In this document: positions 45,347 through 55,754 of the stretch, one piece after another | How positions within the stretch are numbered: position 1 is the stretch's first letter | Layout of the letters: every line of letters starts with the position of its first letter | IMG/VR virus record: IMGVR_UViG_3300032167_000028 | Origin: a virus | Lineage: Duplodnaviria; Heunggongvirae; Uroviricota; Caudoviricetes | Reading direction: 5' to 3' (one strand) | Length of the DNA stretch: 64,000 nt | Position numbers and translations under genes: made by a program | Notes under the pieces: generated by a model | Databases searched by the model: none | Told to the model about the DNA's origin: nothing | Seen by the model: the letters and a program-made list of their open reading frames with translations, nothing else

Positions 45347-45662
45347 TTTGCTTCTCCTTTTCCTCTTTGGTCTGACCAAAGAAACTATCAAAATATACTG
45401 AAAATGGATCGTTTAAATTAACTTCCTTTACATCCTCAGTCCAAGCATCACAATTCCGCATGTAAGATTTTTCAGGAAGCTCTTTACCATTTTTACATTT
45501 AAAAGAAGTCCAGCCTTTACGATGACCACAAGTATGGCAAGTACGCTGAGCCTTGTTAAAAACGCAATCTCGCTCATGTTTCTCTATTTCTGCCTTAGGT
45601 CCTGTTTTTTCACAATAATCACACTGATATACTGGCTGCATCGGTTTTCTCCTTAAATTCAA
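45333..45662 (-). CDS. Cys-rich hypothetical protein
   Basis: CDYC, CHTC. Confidence 0.5.
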   Translation of the reverse strand: MNLRRKPMQPVYQCDYCEKTGPKAEIEKHERDCVFNKAQRTCHTCGHRKGWTSFKCKNGKELPEKSYMRNCDAWTEDVKEVNLNDPFSVYFDSFFGQTKEEKEKQNAKP

Positions 45663-45930
45663 TCATCTTATTAACAAGATTATTATACTGTTCTTTATTC
45701 AAACAAATTTCGTGTAAGCAGTATTCTTTGCCACGAAGCATTGCCCACGCGGCTTTAAAACGAGCCTTCCATACCTGAAAAAAGGAAGTTTGTTTTAGAT
45801 AAAACACATTAGCCTGACTGGAGATAAAACAATATTCCTCCCAATCTTCAAGCCAAATTTCAAGATTAAAAGCGTTGCCGCAAGAGCTTCCACAGCCGCA
45901 ATCTACTTTAATTACTTCTTTATCAGACAT
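45619..45930 (-). CDS. hypothetical protein
   Basis: Start MSDKEV, GGAGG RBS. Confidence 0.5.
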   Translation of the reverse strand: MSDKEVIKVDCGCGSSCGNAFNLEIWLEDWEEYCFISSQANVFYLKQTSFFQVWKARFKAAWAMLRGKEYCLHEICLNKEQYNNLVNKMIEFKEKTDAASISV

Positions 45931-45931
45931 A

Positions 45932-46213
45932 TTAAGCCTCCGGCAAATCTTTTCGGTCACTTTCTGCATTAAGATCAATTTTACACCACTGTAAAGCATT
46001 GTAAAAACTATTACTTAGGCCATGATCATCATGACATGCCCAACAAAAGATAGTCCAAAGCATGTTAAGATCTTTACGATTAGGACGCTTCTGATAGCGG
46101 GCAAGCGTGATCCAAAAAGATTCTGAAAAATCCTCCTTAGACCAAGGCTTAAAATCACTACTTTTTGTGATACTATCAAGTCTCTCTTCAATTGTCATTT
46201 TTCTTTTCTCCAT
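45932..46213 (-). CDS. hypothetical protein
   Basis: ORF track. Confidence 0.5.
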   Translation of the reverse strand: MEKRKMTIEERLDSITKSSDFKPWSKEDFSESFWITLARYQKRPNRKDLNMLWTIFCWACHDDHGLSNSFYNALQWCKIDLNAESDRKDLPEA

Positions 46214-46251
46214 TCAAAATCTTATCTACATCAATCATTAATCTACTTCCA

Positions 46252-46551
46252 TCAGAATACTTCCTTCCAACCATTTCGCTGAATAATTCGCCGCATATTA
46301 GCAACACCGACAGGATTAGCAGAATGAATACAAATGGGATAATTGCGACCAGTTTCCTCAAGCCAATCAAGGAGCTTAATATAATCTCCTCCGTATTGAG
46401 CATATTCGCCAGCATCATGGTCTATATTAAGAAGCTCAAGGGGTTCACCCATTCTTTCATAACGAAGGATGTCATTCTTAGCAGTAGTTACAGAAAGTGC
46501 CCAGATATATCCATCTGGAGCAGGACGAACATCATCAAGCCATAAACGCAT
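46252..46551 (-). CDS. cyclic-phosphate-processing receiver-domain protein
   Basis: LWLDD.R..P.G, IDHD, IHSANPVG. Confidence 0.75.
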   Translation of the reverse strand: MRLWLDDVRPAPDGYIWALSVTTAKNDILRYERMGEPLELLNIDHDAGEYAQYGGDYIKLLDWLEETGRNYPICIHSANPVGVANMRRIIQRNGWKEVF

Positions 46552-46566
46552 TCATATTTTCCTTTC

Positions 46567-46800
46567 TTAATATATTGTACCACAATATTCACATTTACAT
46601 GAAACCAAAGGGGCACCGCAATTCTTACAATTAGTAGGTCTATTAATTTTTAAAGAATTGTTCGTATTATTACTACAAATTTTACTATATGTATTTTCAC
46701 CAAATACAAATAACTCTTCGGTATCTATATTAAAAAATAATTGTCCTTGTACTGCTTGGCTAGATAAATTTAACATATCAAAACTATTCCCATAACTCAT
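46567..46800 (-). CDS. hypothetical protein with zinc ribbon
   Basis: CKNCGAP...CEYCG. Confidence 0.55.
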   Translation of the reverse strand: MSYGNSFDMLNLSSQAVQGQLFFNIDTEELFVFGENTYSKICSNNTNNSLKINRPTNCKNCGAPLVSCKCEYCGTIY

Positions 46801-46826
46801 TCTTATTCTCTAGTTAAACATTATAA

Positions 46827-47024
46827 TCAGCTCCGTGAATTAAGCTCATTTTTTGTAAGTTGATAAAGTTCTTTATACCACTGTACATCTGCCCAACTAA
46901 TAGGTTGACAACGATCATCAGTATGAAGATAATTATAAATCTCACGCAAATCATCTTCTAGTTGTTCAATCGTCATATTCTTTAAATTTTTCTTAATTCT
47001 CTCGATCTTCTCCAAACCATTCAC
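46827..47024 (-). CDS. hypothetical protein
   Basis: ORF track. Confidence 0.45.
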   Translation of the reverse strand: MNGLEKIERIKKNLKNMTIEQLEDDLREIYNYLHTDDRCQPISWADVQWYKELYQLTKNELNSRS

Positions 47025-47439
47025 CCTTCTTCCAGACTTTTATAATTACTTTTTGTCCATTGAGAGTTCCAAAACGATAACCCATTTTCGACAATACTTT
47101 ATAGTATATATCTCGCCGCACATTATCAAGCCATGTGCAGTAAATAATTACTCGACGATCTTTATTAAACCAGTCTAGGGTTTCTTTCTCTAACATTTTA
47201 AAAGCTTTACGGGCAAGAATAGCTGTAGCAAGAGGATTGAGACCAGTCATAAGAATATGATCTTCATTATAATCTTTGTGTTTTCTTTTATTAAAAACAC
47301 CAAGACATACATTAATATAAACAGTATCATATGACCAATCATTAAGTTGGAAAGCCATATAAAGTGTTTGGTTATCAATGGGAATATTTACATAATACTC
47401 ATCATCATAACCATTCCATTTTACCTCAAAAGTCTCCAT
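46993..47439 (-). CDS. hypothetical protein
   Basis: Start METFEV approximate. Confidence 0.5.
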   Translation of the reverse strand: METFEVKWNGYDDEYYVNIPIDNQTLYMAFQLNDWSYDTVYINVCLGVFNKRKHKDYNEDHILMTGLNPLATAILARKAFKMLEKETLDWFNKDRRVIIYCTWLDNVRRDIYYKVLSKMGYRFGTLNGQKVIIKVWKKGEWFGEDREN

Positions 47440-48232
47440 AATCACGATTCCTAATAGCTTGTTCAAAAACTTCATAAGTAATCATATCAAGCTCTCGTTC
47501 AGTCTTTGGATTTGGATTGTCTTTAAGTTTATCTTTCATATTATCCATAAACTTACGACCCCATTCAAGAGTTTCCTCACGAATCTTTCGGGCATCTTCA
47601 AGTGGAATACTACCACGCTTAATGGCAATAAGCTCTTCGCGATTAGAAGGAATCAGACACTGTTCATAGCTCTCGTCTTTAAAATAACGAATAAGAAAAT
47701 CCTTAAATCTTAGCATATGAGAAAGCTGCTTCGGATCATAACCAAATTTCTTAATTTTCTCCATTGCACTGGGGTATGGATGATCAAAAGCATGATATTT
47801 CTCTACTAAATTTCCATGCATAGCACATGCGGCTTTATAAGGATTAAAATGTGCGATATCTTCTCGCATTACCCAAAGAGCTGTATATGCCCATTCGTAA
47901 TTAAGATTATAATGAACATATGGTGTAAAAAGAATTTCGATAAAATTGATATTCTGCTTTTTCCAACAGTTTACCATTTCACGCCAATCTTTTACATCAG
48001 CGTGTTCGATAGTAGGTGCTACTTCCAAAGTAGTACTGGTCCGCTTCTTATTAAATACAAGAGATTCAAACGACGGAACTACCAAAGTTTTGGTATCTAC
48101 ATCACTAAATTCATCATCCATTTGATAATTTTGTGAGCCTTGAAGAGCAGTAAAGATGGGGATTTCACGTCCAATATTTAAAGCTATATAAGCCGCGTGA
48201 TCTTCTACACGTTCTAGAACCTTTTGATTCAT
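47426..48232 (-). CDS. DNA-pol-beta-superfamily nucleotidyltransferase
   Basis: LQGSQNY..D.E.SDVDTK (hGS..DxD), K.N.NF.E.L, YDPK.LSH..R. Confidence 0.8.
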   Translation of the reverse strand: MNQKVLERVEDHAAYIALNIGREIPIFTALQGSQNYQMDDEFSDVDTKTLVVPSFESLVFNKKRTSTTLEVAPTIEHADVKDWREMVNCWKKQNINFIEILFTPYVHYNLNYEWAYTALWVMREDIAHFNPYKAACAMHGNLVEKYHAFDHPYPSAMEKIKKFGYDPKQLSHMLRFKDFLIRYFKDESYEQCLIPSNREELIAIKRGSIPLEDARKIREETLEWGRKFMDNMKDKLKDNPNPKTERELDMITYEVFEQAIRNRDYGDF

Positions 48233-48672
48233 TAAAAATCCTCCAATCCAATTAGCTTAGGAATAATAGGCTCATACTTTGCCTTTAAACGAGGGGTAAG
48301 AGTCGCGGTTTGGCTCATATGGTCATACATATCTGCTTGTTTAACAACAAGAGCATAAGTATTGCCGTTATCTACAATATCTTTAATATATTTAGAATAA
48401 GACATATCATCATCTTTAGAGAGATCTAAAATAGCATCAACCACTTCTTCTGGAAGATACTTTTCAATATCCTCAATAGTAGCATCTGTATCTTCAATAA
48501 TGTCATGACCAATTGCTACGGCCAGACAATTAAGTTCTTGTTCAGAGTTCATAAGAAGTACTCGGAGATCATAAGCTAAATAATCTATTAGCCTTAAAGC
48601 ATGTTGAAAAGTCTTTTCATCATACTTATCTCTGCAATACTCCCACCACTTACCATATTCTTCAAAAGTCAT
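48232..48672 (-). CDS. HD-domain hydrolase (SpoT/Mesh1-like)
   Basis: HA..., AIGHDIIEDT, LSK, VKQADMYD. Confidence 0.85.
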   Translation of the reverse strand: MTFEEYGKWWEYCRDKYDEKTFQHALRLIDYLAYDLRVLLMNSEQELNCLAVAIGHDIIEDTDATIEDIEKYLPEEVVDAILDLSKDDDMSYSKYIKDIVDNGNTYALVVKQADMYDHMSQTATLTPRLKAKYEPIIPKLIGLEDF

Positions 48673-48738
48673 ACTTTTTCTCCTCTCACTTTATATTAAT
48701 ATTATATCATAAAATTTTATAAAAATCAAAAACGAGCA

Positions 48739-49092
48739 TTACTGCTCGTCATTTATTTTTCCTTCTTTCTCATATAAATAAGCATTGCCCAAAGCGAAAA
48801 GAAAATTATTACCGTCTTTATAATAAGTGATTAAATTAGGACAAACATCACAATTATAATGATCCCAACCTTCCTCTTTTGGAATACCATTCTTTTTACA
48901 AAAACGTTTGCACATCTTTTTAGTTCTGCGGCTTAATACGGTCATTGTAGGATTAAGCCAACAGGTATGATTATGTATCCATGCTAAAGCTTCTCGTGCT
49001 TCCGCATTTTCTGGTGTATCTTGAGGATTACCCATTTTTACATAAGCATCATAAACAACTTTAAATCCTCTATAAACTGGTTCCATTACCAA
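48739..49092 (-). CDS. hypothetical protein
   Basis: ORF track. Confidence 0.5.
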   Translation of the reverse strand: MVMEPVYRGFKVVYDAYVKMGNPQDTPENAEAREALAWIHNHTCWLNPTMTVLSRRTKKMCKRFCKKNGIPKEEGWDHYNCDVCPNLITYYKDGNNFLFALGNAYLYEKEGKINDEQ

Positions 49093-49511
49093 TGCTCCTG
49101 TGTATCTGTAATGTCTTTTACTTCATGACAAATTGGACATTCACATTTAATGCCGCGGCCAAGCTGGCATTCATAAATACGATATATTTGTTCATCTAAA
49201 TTTTGGTCATGAAGTAATCTATGGGCAGCGAAAAAGACCTTACTTGCTTTCTTCTCTTGTTCAGACATTGTATAAAGACTGTTTTTTAACAAAGGTTCTA
49301 TTTTTTCTTTATATTCAGCTAATACTTCGCTATCTCGCTTAGCAAGTTCATTTTGATAATGATTAGCATTATCCTCCGCCTTTTGCATATAAGAAGCTAA
49401 AATACCAAAAGCAATTTGAATATCTCGATAGAAAAAATCAGATAGCCCTTTACTTTTTAAAGGAAAGATTTTCTAACCAATTTTAGCATATTTTTCTTCA
49501 TCAAAAATCAT
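49086..49511 (-). CDS. hypothetical protein (1 in-frame TAG)
   Basis: ATG 49511 with GAGGT RBS is in frame with track ORF 49086-49388 across one TAG; C-terminal CECPIC..KDITD. Confidence 0.65.
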
Positions 49512-49519
49512 ACAATACC

Positions 49520-49885
49520 TCAAATCCATAAAGTCCAAAAAATTTGACTTAATCTGGAAAATGCCCCATAAAGAATACCAGTAGCCTCTGCCATACTATC
49601 TCTTGAAGCATCTTCATTAGTCATTTTCTCAGCCCAACGTAGATCATCAGCAATACGTTTAATATAGCGTCGATAGGCTTCTAAAGTGGTAAACATAAAA
49701 TCAGGATAGGTATCTTTTTCGGCAAGCTTATCTAATGCGGCTGGGAGAACAGCGAGTAAAAAATTATCAAAATCTAATAGATCATAATCAGAAAAGCCGC
49801 GTTCCAGACGCTGATGTTTCCATTTTTCATAATTAGGATCATTCTTTAGATTTTCTAAATTAATGTCATCCATTAAATACCTCAA
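49520..49885 (-). CDS. hypothetical protein
   Basis: ORF track. Confidence 0.55.
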   Translation of the reverse strand: MRYLMDDINLENLKNDPNYEKWKHQRLERGFSDYDLLDFDNFLLAVLPAALDKLAEKDTYPDFMFTTLEAYRRYIKRIADDLRWAEKMTNEDASRDSMAEATGILYGAFSRLSQIFWTLWI

Positions 49886-50394
49886 TCATGTTCATCAAAC
49901 AATTTTGCAGTATTGATAAAAATCTGCTTCAACTGATCGTCATAATTAAAACGACTAGCATTCTGTTCAATACTCTTTAAAAGATTACCATCTTTCTGTC
50001 GCTCGCTGGAGGCTTTCCAATCGCACAGCATTTCTACAATATCAATGAGGTTCATATCATTAATACCCTTGGCAAAGTGTTCCGGATGATGACGAGAATT
50101 GGCATAATGATGATCCAAAGCCGGCTTTAAAGCTGCTAGATGAGCCTTATATTCTTCACTATTATATGCTGTATCAGCAAGACACTTAGTATGCTCGGCA
50201 AACAATTCTACTTCGGGAGATTCCAACTTAATAGCATCATGCTTAACTCCACGAAGGGTTAGTCGATCGGTAACAAAGCGAATATAGTGTCGTACGCGTT
50301 CAATATGCTTCTGTGTCTCAACCTGACACTCGGCAATGGACATGGCGTTTTCCTGCTTATTATCTTCGAGCCAGTCCTTCATTTCATTATTCAT
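49882..50394 (-). CDS. HD-like DUF5662-type protein
   Basis: H...V, HD..K, HHY..SRHHPEH, MNLIDIVEMLCDWKA. Confidence 0.75.
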   Translation of the reverse strand: MNNEMKDWLEDNKQENAMSIAECQVETQKHIERVRHYIRFVTDRLTLRGVKHDAIKLESPEVELFAEHTKCLADTAYNSEEYKAHLAALKPALDHHYANSRHHPEHFAKGINDMNLIDIVEMLCDWKASSERQKDGNLLKSIEQNASRFNYDDQLKQIFINTAKLFDEHD

Positions 50395-50396
50395 AA

Positions 50397-50696
50397 TTAC
50401 TCCTTTTTAAATTCACGCAGCATAAGTTCATATTCCATTACAAAGCCTTGTGATCTAATTTTTTTAATATATTGTTTCTTCTCAATATCATCATAAAACA
50501 TTTCAGGACAAAATTGTTGATGTCCTAAAAGAACATCTTTATATTCCCCACACTTACAACATTGATAACGTATAAAAACTTCAACATTATCAAAACAATT
50601 TCTATATTGAGAAAGATGTTCTTTATAAAATAAACCAACTTTTTCTGAAAAGTGATGATTACATGTTTTTCTTATTTTGAATAAATTCTTCAGCAT
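50397..50696 (-). CDS. hypothetical protein
   Basis: ORF track. Confidence 0.45.
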   Translation of the reverse strand: MLKNLFKIRKTCNHHFSEKVGLFYKEHLSQYRNCFDNVEVFIRYQCCKCGEYKDVLLGHQQFCPEMFYDDIEKKQYIKKIRSQGFVMEYELMLREFKKE

Positions 50697-50873
50697 AAGG
50701 ATTCTCCTGTACCAAATTAAAATCTACATTAAAACCACAAGCTTCCATTATTCTTTTAGCACTAACTAAAGCAAATTCCGCGGCTTCGCGAGAGGAAAAA
50801 CTGTGCCCTTTTATATAAGGAAAAGCATCATTCTTTTCATTATATTCAATTGTCATTAAAAGATTCCAATTCG

Positions 50874-51146
50874 TCACTGGTACACTTTCCATGGAACAAG
50901 CCACGCCCTTCCTTCAGTAATTAGTTTGTTACAATTCTGTTCTGGAATACATTGAACAATAAAATAATGTATCGCCCAATCATTACAAGCCCAAGAATTA
51001 TTACTATAATAATTAAGTACAGATTTTAATCCCTTACTCGCTTCTTCAAAAGTATGATATCGCCGCGTTCTAAAACGAGCTTTACCACCTTTACGGAGAT
51101 AATCAATTTCACGACCAGTGGCAAGAATATATGTTACTCCTCCCAC
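50874..51146 (-). CDS. hypothetical protein
   Basis: ORF track. Confidence 0.45.
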   Translation of the reverse strand: MGGVTYILATGREIDYLRKGGKARFRTRRYHTFEEASKGLKSVLNYYSNNSWACNDWAIHYFIVQCIPEQNCNKLITEGRAWLVPWKVYQ

Positions 51147-51628
51147 AGTTCATCCTTCTTTCTTAGTTCATCTCTAATTTGCATAAGCGTCTTACCAAGC
51201 TGATTGCGGCCATGATTGTACTTACGCTTACAACGTTCACAAGAACAAACACCCCAATAATTATCATGCCAATTATTACCTTCAATTAAAGGACGATTGC
51301 CTGTAGCAAGAAGATTGGCTTTATTGGGATCGCGGCTAAACTTATCTCTAAGGATATCATACATTACTTTATCCTTAATCTGTTCCCAATCGGGCCGCAG
51401 TTCTACTCTACGACCATGATACTTTGCAAGGTCAGGAGTAGGAAGGGTAGTGAAAAACTGACGAGATTTACGTTCGGCAATTTTAGCCGCCTGAAAAGCG
51501 TGTTCTACTGTAGGATAAATATCTCCTTCATACATTACATAGGAAGGATGAAAATTGCTAAGAAAGTAATAATCTCTTTTGAAATTGTCAATTGGGACAG
51601 CGAATTCTTCTTCATCTAAAAAACTCAT
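51134..51628 (-). CDS. NADAR (YbiA-like) N-glycosidase
   Basis: FLSNF, TVEHAFQAAK, R.DW...K..VM...L..KF, L.ATG..LIEGN.WHD.YWG, N.LG..LM.IR. Confidence 0.9.
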   Translation of the reverse strand: MSFLDEEEFAVPIDNFKRDYYFLSNFHPSYVMYEGDIYPTVEHAFQAAKIAERKSRQFFTTLPTPDLAKYHGRRVELRPDWEQIKDKVMYDILRDKFSRDPNKANLLATGNRPLIEGNNWHDNYWGVCSCERCKRKYNHGRNQLGKTLMQIRDELRKKDELWEE

Positions 51629-52065
51629 TTATATCACCTGTTCTTTCTCATTAAAGTACATTGAATAGCCTCATATGGAAAATAAGCCATACATCGTCCT
51701 TCATCACATAAACAAAATTCTTCATCTGCAACAGTTTCAGTATCACTTACTATACGAGTGGTGGTAGTTTTTCTAAAAGGACATAACTTAGCCATAATTG
51801 CAATTCTCCTTTATAGCTTTAATTACTGGATGTCTAACAGATGCTGTTCCCCATTGATACGGGGTTTTTAGACTAGTATTACATTTGACACAATAACCTA
51901 AAGTAGTTTCATTAAAATAATTGCATACTGGGCAACGTTTAAAATAAAAAGTAATACTTTGTACATTATTAAATGTAAACTCAGCCATATATAATTCTCC
52001 AACAATCATCACAATATTTGCCAAGTGTGGCACGCTTAGTGCCACACCTAGCACATCTATGGTTC

Positions 52066-53535
52066 TTAAACTGGATTCTCTTCATTAAGAACCTCCTGAG
52101 CCTCTTCCATATCTGGAGCATCGGCAGTTTCCTTAACAATGCCCTCAAGTACCTTGAAGCTATGGTTCTTATGCTTATAAACAGAGATATTTGGCTTATT
52201 TACAATACGAGCAACTACACCCTCACGAATATGAGTACCATCAACAGTGGAAGGACCATCAAAGTACTGTTCTACCTTACGAAGAACATACTCGCCTGGA
52301 GATACGACAAAGGTATCATCTTCTCCATTACCATCGGTATCCATACCCAAATCTGGAATCATAAAGGTTTCAAAGTGTGGAACAACATTGATACCCATCT
52401 GCTCACAACGATAACGCATCTGATCTGGAGATAGCTCAGTAACGAAACCATCTTCAGATACCTGAGTCATACGATATATATAAACATTACAACGTGGCTT
52501 TAGAATATCGTTAGGATCAGCCTGCCAAGTAACACTATCCTCGTTGAGAGTAATAGCTGATAGAGGCTCGTAATCACCCTTTGGATCACAACCATAAGAG
52601 AAAGTAGTGGTCTCACCATATAGCTTTACAAATTCCTTATCCTGAATCTTCTTATTACTACAAGAAGCCATAATAGGAGAATTTTCATTTACAAAGCCAA
52701 CAATCTCATAATAGGCAACCTCGCCCTTATGCAACTTACCCTCAAACTTCTTAGCCATGGCCTGACGGAAGGAGTTATCCTCATAGAAGCCGTCATTATG
52801 CTTTTCGTCAAGAACCACACGACGAGTACCAGTAACATAATCATACTCAGTATATACCTTGCCTGGACGACGTAGAATCTTATCAAGTAGAGTACGATTC
52901 TTCTGCTTATTTACAGGTAGATAACCGGTACGGCCGGAAGTACCGTGAAGCTTTTCAGTTAGTTCAACTACATCGCCACACTTAAAAGCGTCAAGATGAT
53001 AAGCAAGCTGCTCAGTATCAACATGCTCATAGAAAGTTGGTGCATGATTTGCCTTTGCACGCTTCATGCCACCACTACCAATGCTAACGCCGCCGACCTT
53101 ACGACGTGGAATATACTTCTTACAAATCTCAATACCGCCTAGAGTAGTAATCTGATCACCAACCTTTAGATCAGAAACAGTAGTAAATTCTGCCAGAGAA
53201 GTAATTGGTAGCAATAGACCATCAGACTTTGCACCACGAAGGTTAATTGCCTTAACATTACGCTTAGTTGGGCTTAGATAACCGCCACAACGATTACCTT
53301 CTTCATCCTTACGCTCAACAAGATCATTAACACGACAGAACTCTTCACTTAGCTGACCATCGGTTGGGAAATATACACACATCTGGCCAACCTTATAATC
53401 CAGACCAACGATTACATCATTACCAAATACGGTAGCAATTTGTAGTCGGTCTGCATTTGGATGCTTACGTAGCTCCTTAATGGAAACAATATAACCACAA
53501 TAAGACATTATTTTTCTCCTTTCATTATAGAGCAA
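52066..53535 (-). CDS. RNA ligase (Rnl2/DRB0094-like) with N-terminal OB-fold
   Basis: HPNADRLQ, LRG.KS.GL, TEKLHGTS (KxxG), YEIVG, REGVV, YKHK...F. Confidence 0.82.
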   Translation of the reverse strand: MLYNERRKIMSYCGYIVSIKELRKHPNADRLQIATVFGNDVIVGLDYKVGQMCVYFPTDGQLSEEFCRVNDLVERKDEEGNRCGGYLSPTKRNVKAINLRGAKSDGLLLPITSLAEFTTVSDLKVGDQITTLGGIEICKKYIPRRKVGGVSIGSGGMKRAKANHAPTFYEHVDTEQLAYHLDAFKCGDVVELTEKLHGTSGRTGYLPVNKQKNRTLLDKILRRPGKVYTEYDYVTGTRRVVLDEKHNDGFYEDNSFRQAMAKKFEGKLHKGEVAYYEIVGFVNENSPIMASCSNKKIQDKEFVKLYGETTTFSYGCDPKGDYEPLSAITLNEDSVTWQADPNDILKPRCNVYIYRMTQVSEDGFVTELSPDQMRYRCEQMGINVVPHFETFMIPDLGMDTDGNGEDDTFVVSPGEYVLRKVEQYFDGPSTVDGTHIREGVVARIVNKPNISVYKHKNHSFKVLEGIVKETADAPDMEEAQEVLNEENPV

Positions 53536-53743
53536 TTAGAATAACTTCAATATAACCAGCAAGTACAAAAATAAAATAAATTACTCCCAGTACAATTGCC
53601 GCCATAGTAATAAAGGCTCCAAAAACATTTAGAAAACCAAGAAAGCCGTTATCTGTACAAAACATGTTTTCAATGATTTTTGTAATAATATAGATTGAAC
53701 CGCCAACAATTAGCATAGATAGTATAATTGCCCAAACAGTCAT
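53525..53743 (-). CDS. membrane hypothetical protein
   Basis: Two TM segments. Confidence 0.55.
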   Translation of the reverse strand: MTVWAIILSMLIVGGSIYIITKIIENMFCTDNGFLGFLNVFGAFITMAAIVLGVIYFIFVLAGYIEVILIAL

Positions 53744-53750
53744 TTTATTA

Positions 53751-53978
53751 TTACTCCTTTACTAATTCAACAATAATACGAGGATTATCATCTAAAACAA
53801 CTTCATATGGTTTTAGATTATTAAAAACATATCCTTCCGGCAAAGGAAATAAAACATCATCCATTCGCCAGCATGTTCGTTGGATAGATAATCGGGGATA
53901 ATAATCTACAATATCACTACAACCTGTCAACATTACGGTCATTAACCCTAACATGAGTATGAGTAATACTTTCTTCAT
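53751..53978 (-). CDS. putative lipoprotein
   Basis: MKK...LTGC lipobox. Confidence 0.65.
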   Translation of the reverse strand: MKKVLLILMLGLMTVMLTGCSDIVDYYPRLSIQRTCWRMDDVLFPLPEGYVFNNLKPYEVVLDDNPRIIVELVKE

Positions 53979-54009
53979 TGCTCTATTCCTTTCTTCATTC
54001 TATGTATAT

Positions 54010-54038
54010 ATTATATCATTAATTTTTATTTTTGTCAA
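54010..54038 (-). promoter_or_regulatory. sigma70-type promoter
   Basis: TTGACA-17-TATAAT. Confidence 0.8.
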
Positions 54039-54051
54039 AAAAATTAACCGC

Positions 54052-54579
54052 TTATAGAGCGGTTAAAGTATTTATCAAATCATCACTCGAAGAATTTCCA
54101 CAAACAAAACATATAGTATCTACTTCAACCTCTGGCTCTGGCTTCTTAGGAGTAACAAGTTCTGTTACTACACCAGAAGCGACCTTCATATCCATCTTAC
54201 CCTTATAATTACTTGTAAGGAACTTCATTAGACAGGGCTTGGTAAGCGGACCTTCATATTCATCCTGAATAACTTCAATAATTTTCTCTTCATCTGTGAT
54301 TAACTTAGGAACATACTCGCCAATAATAGCAAGATTAAGTGTATACTCCGCCTTAGTAACCTTACGGTCATCTGGACAAGTATCCACCATTTCTTTAAAC
54401 ATCTTTTGAACCTTTAGAAGTTCAGTATCAACGAAATCTTCCTTAATATTATCGCGGCAACCCTTATCAATTGCCGCGCGCTTAATATGGGCAATGGTAT
54501 CAGAAAGAACCTTCTTACGATTAAGATCACCAGACTTCCAAGCTGTTACCATATCTTTATGTAGTCGTTCAAGTGTCAT
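54052..54579 (-). CDS. GatB/YqeY-domain protein
   Basis: DMVTAWKSGD..RK.VL..IKRA.ID, E..K..E...I.EYVPKL, GK.DMKVAS. Confidence 0.75.
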   Translation of the reverse strand: MTLERLHKDMVTAWKSGDLNRKKVLSDTIAHIKRAAIDKGCRDNIKEDFVDTELLKVQKMFKEMVDTCPDDRKVTKAEYTLNLAIIGEYVPKLITDEEKIIEVIQDEYEGPLTKPCLMKFLTSNYKGKMDMKVASGVVTELVTPKKPEPEVEVDTICFVCGNSSSDDLINTLTAL

Positions 54580-55113
54580 AAAATCATCCTTTCTTAAAGA
54601 GTTAGAATAAAAAGAAAAAAGTGTACTGTTGCCGAGATAAAAATTAAAGCAGTAATTAACGTAAAAAAGAGACATAAAATAGAAAAAACTATATTTAAAT
54701 AATTATGAAAACCAAAAACATTCTTTCCTTTTGGGGTAAACAATTTAGCCAAAAAATAAAATAATGCAGTAAGACCACTACTCAATAATAATACTAACCA
54801 TTCATTCCACATTAACTATTTCCTCTCCTTTATAAACGCCAATATAACCAATAGGAACATAACAATGCGGACAATAAACCTTACAATGCTGCACTGGTAG
54901 CTCCATCAAATCAAATACTTCGCCGCATTCAAGACAAGTATGCCACAACGGACCTTCGGTAAGAATAATTTCATTCATTTAAAATACACCACCGTTCCAA
55001 AACAGTGTGGACAAGCTTTGAGAGAAGCATATGTTTCACTAATTGGTAAGAGTTTATACTCTTCTACCCATACATGACAATGTGGGCAAAAAACTTCTTT
55101 AATCTCATGATTA

Positions 55114-55272
55114 TCAATCATCATCATTGTATTGTCTCCCCTTATGCTTGGTTTTAGGATTTTTCTTTTTATTAGGAATAATTTTAGTTACAGGACTAAT
55201 ATCTCCCCAATCTCCGCGCTGCTTCTTCCAAGCTTCGTAATTAGGATTCTGCGACTCCTTCTCTTTCGCCAT
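55114..55272 (-). CDS. small basic hypothetical protein
   Basis: RGDWG.ISPVTKIIPNKK. Confidence 0.5.
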   Translation of the reverse strand: MAKEKESQNPNYEAWKKQRGDWGDISPVTKIIPNKKKNPKTKHKGRQYNDDD

Positions 55273-55474
55273 TAATAGCACTCTCCTTCCCAAATTTGTG
55301 ATCAAAAATTTCATTTATAGGGATTAAAGGACAATTAGGATAACGACGTTTTGCAACTGCTAGACGTGGCATTGGTCGATTTAAAAGAGTACAGCATAAC
55401 CCATTATATCCATCACCACGACAAAAGATACAATCTTGACAAATAACAGGAACTTCATCACATATGATTTTCAT
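55241..55474 (-). CDS. Cys-rich hypothetical protein
   Basis: P..C.DC.FC...CPL. Confidence 0.55.
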   Translation of the reverse strand: MKIICDEVPVICQDCIFCRGDGYNGLCCTLLNRPMPRLAVAKRRYPNCPLIPINEIFDHKFGKESAINGEREGVAES

Positions 55475-55742
55475 GCTTAAATTTTCCTTTCCACTGTGAG
55501 AAACTCTTTACACTTCCATCAGGATAAACTTCTGTTTCAACATAATAAAGGTCATTTTCCCACTCGAATTGGATTGTGCCCCGTGCAGTAGGAAAAACTT
55601 CAATATTAGGAGAACATCCAATTAAATCTATGAAATGAAGAGCAGTTGCAATTACTGAAGGTTTCAATGGTTCTGCACCATAGCCATTCCAATTTTGCCC
55701 TAATTCACGAAAACTTTTAATACGTTCAACAATTTTTTCCAT
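55458..55742 (-). CDS. hypothetical protein
   Basis: L..NWNGYGA.P...FP...G.IQFEW pattern. Confidence 0.65.
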   Translation of the reverse strand: MEKIVERIKSFRELGQNWNGYGAEPLKPSVIATALHFIDLIGCSPNIEVFPTARGTIQFEWENDLYYVETEVYPDGSVKSFSQWKGKFKHENHM

Positions 55743-55754
55743 ACTTACTCCTTT

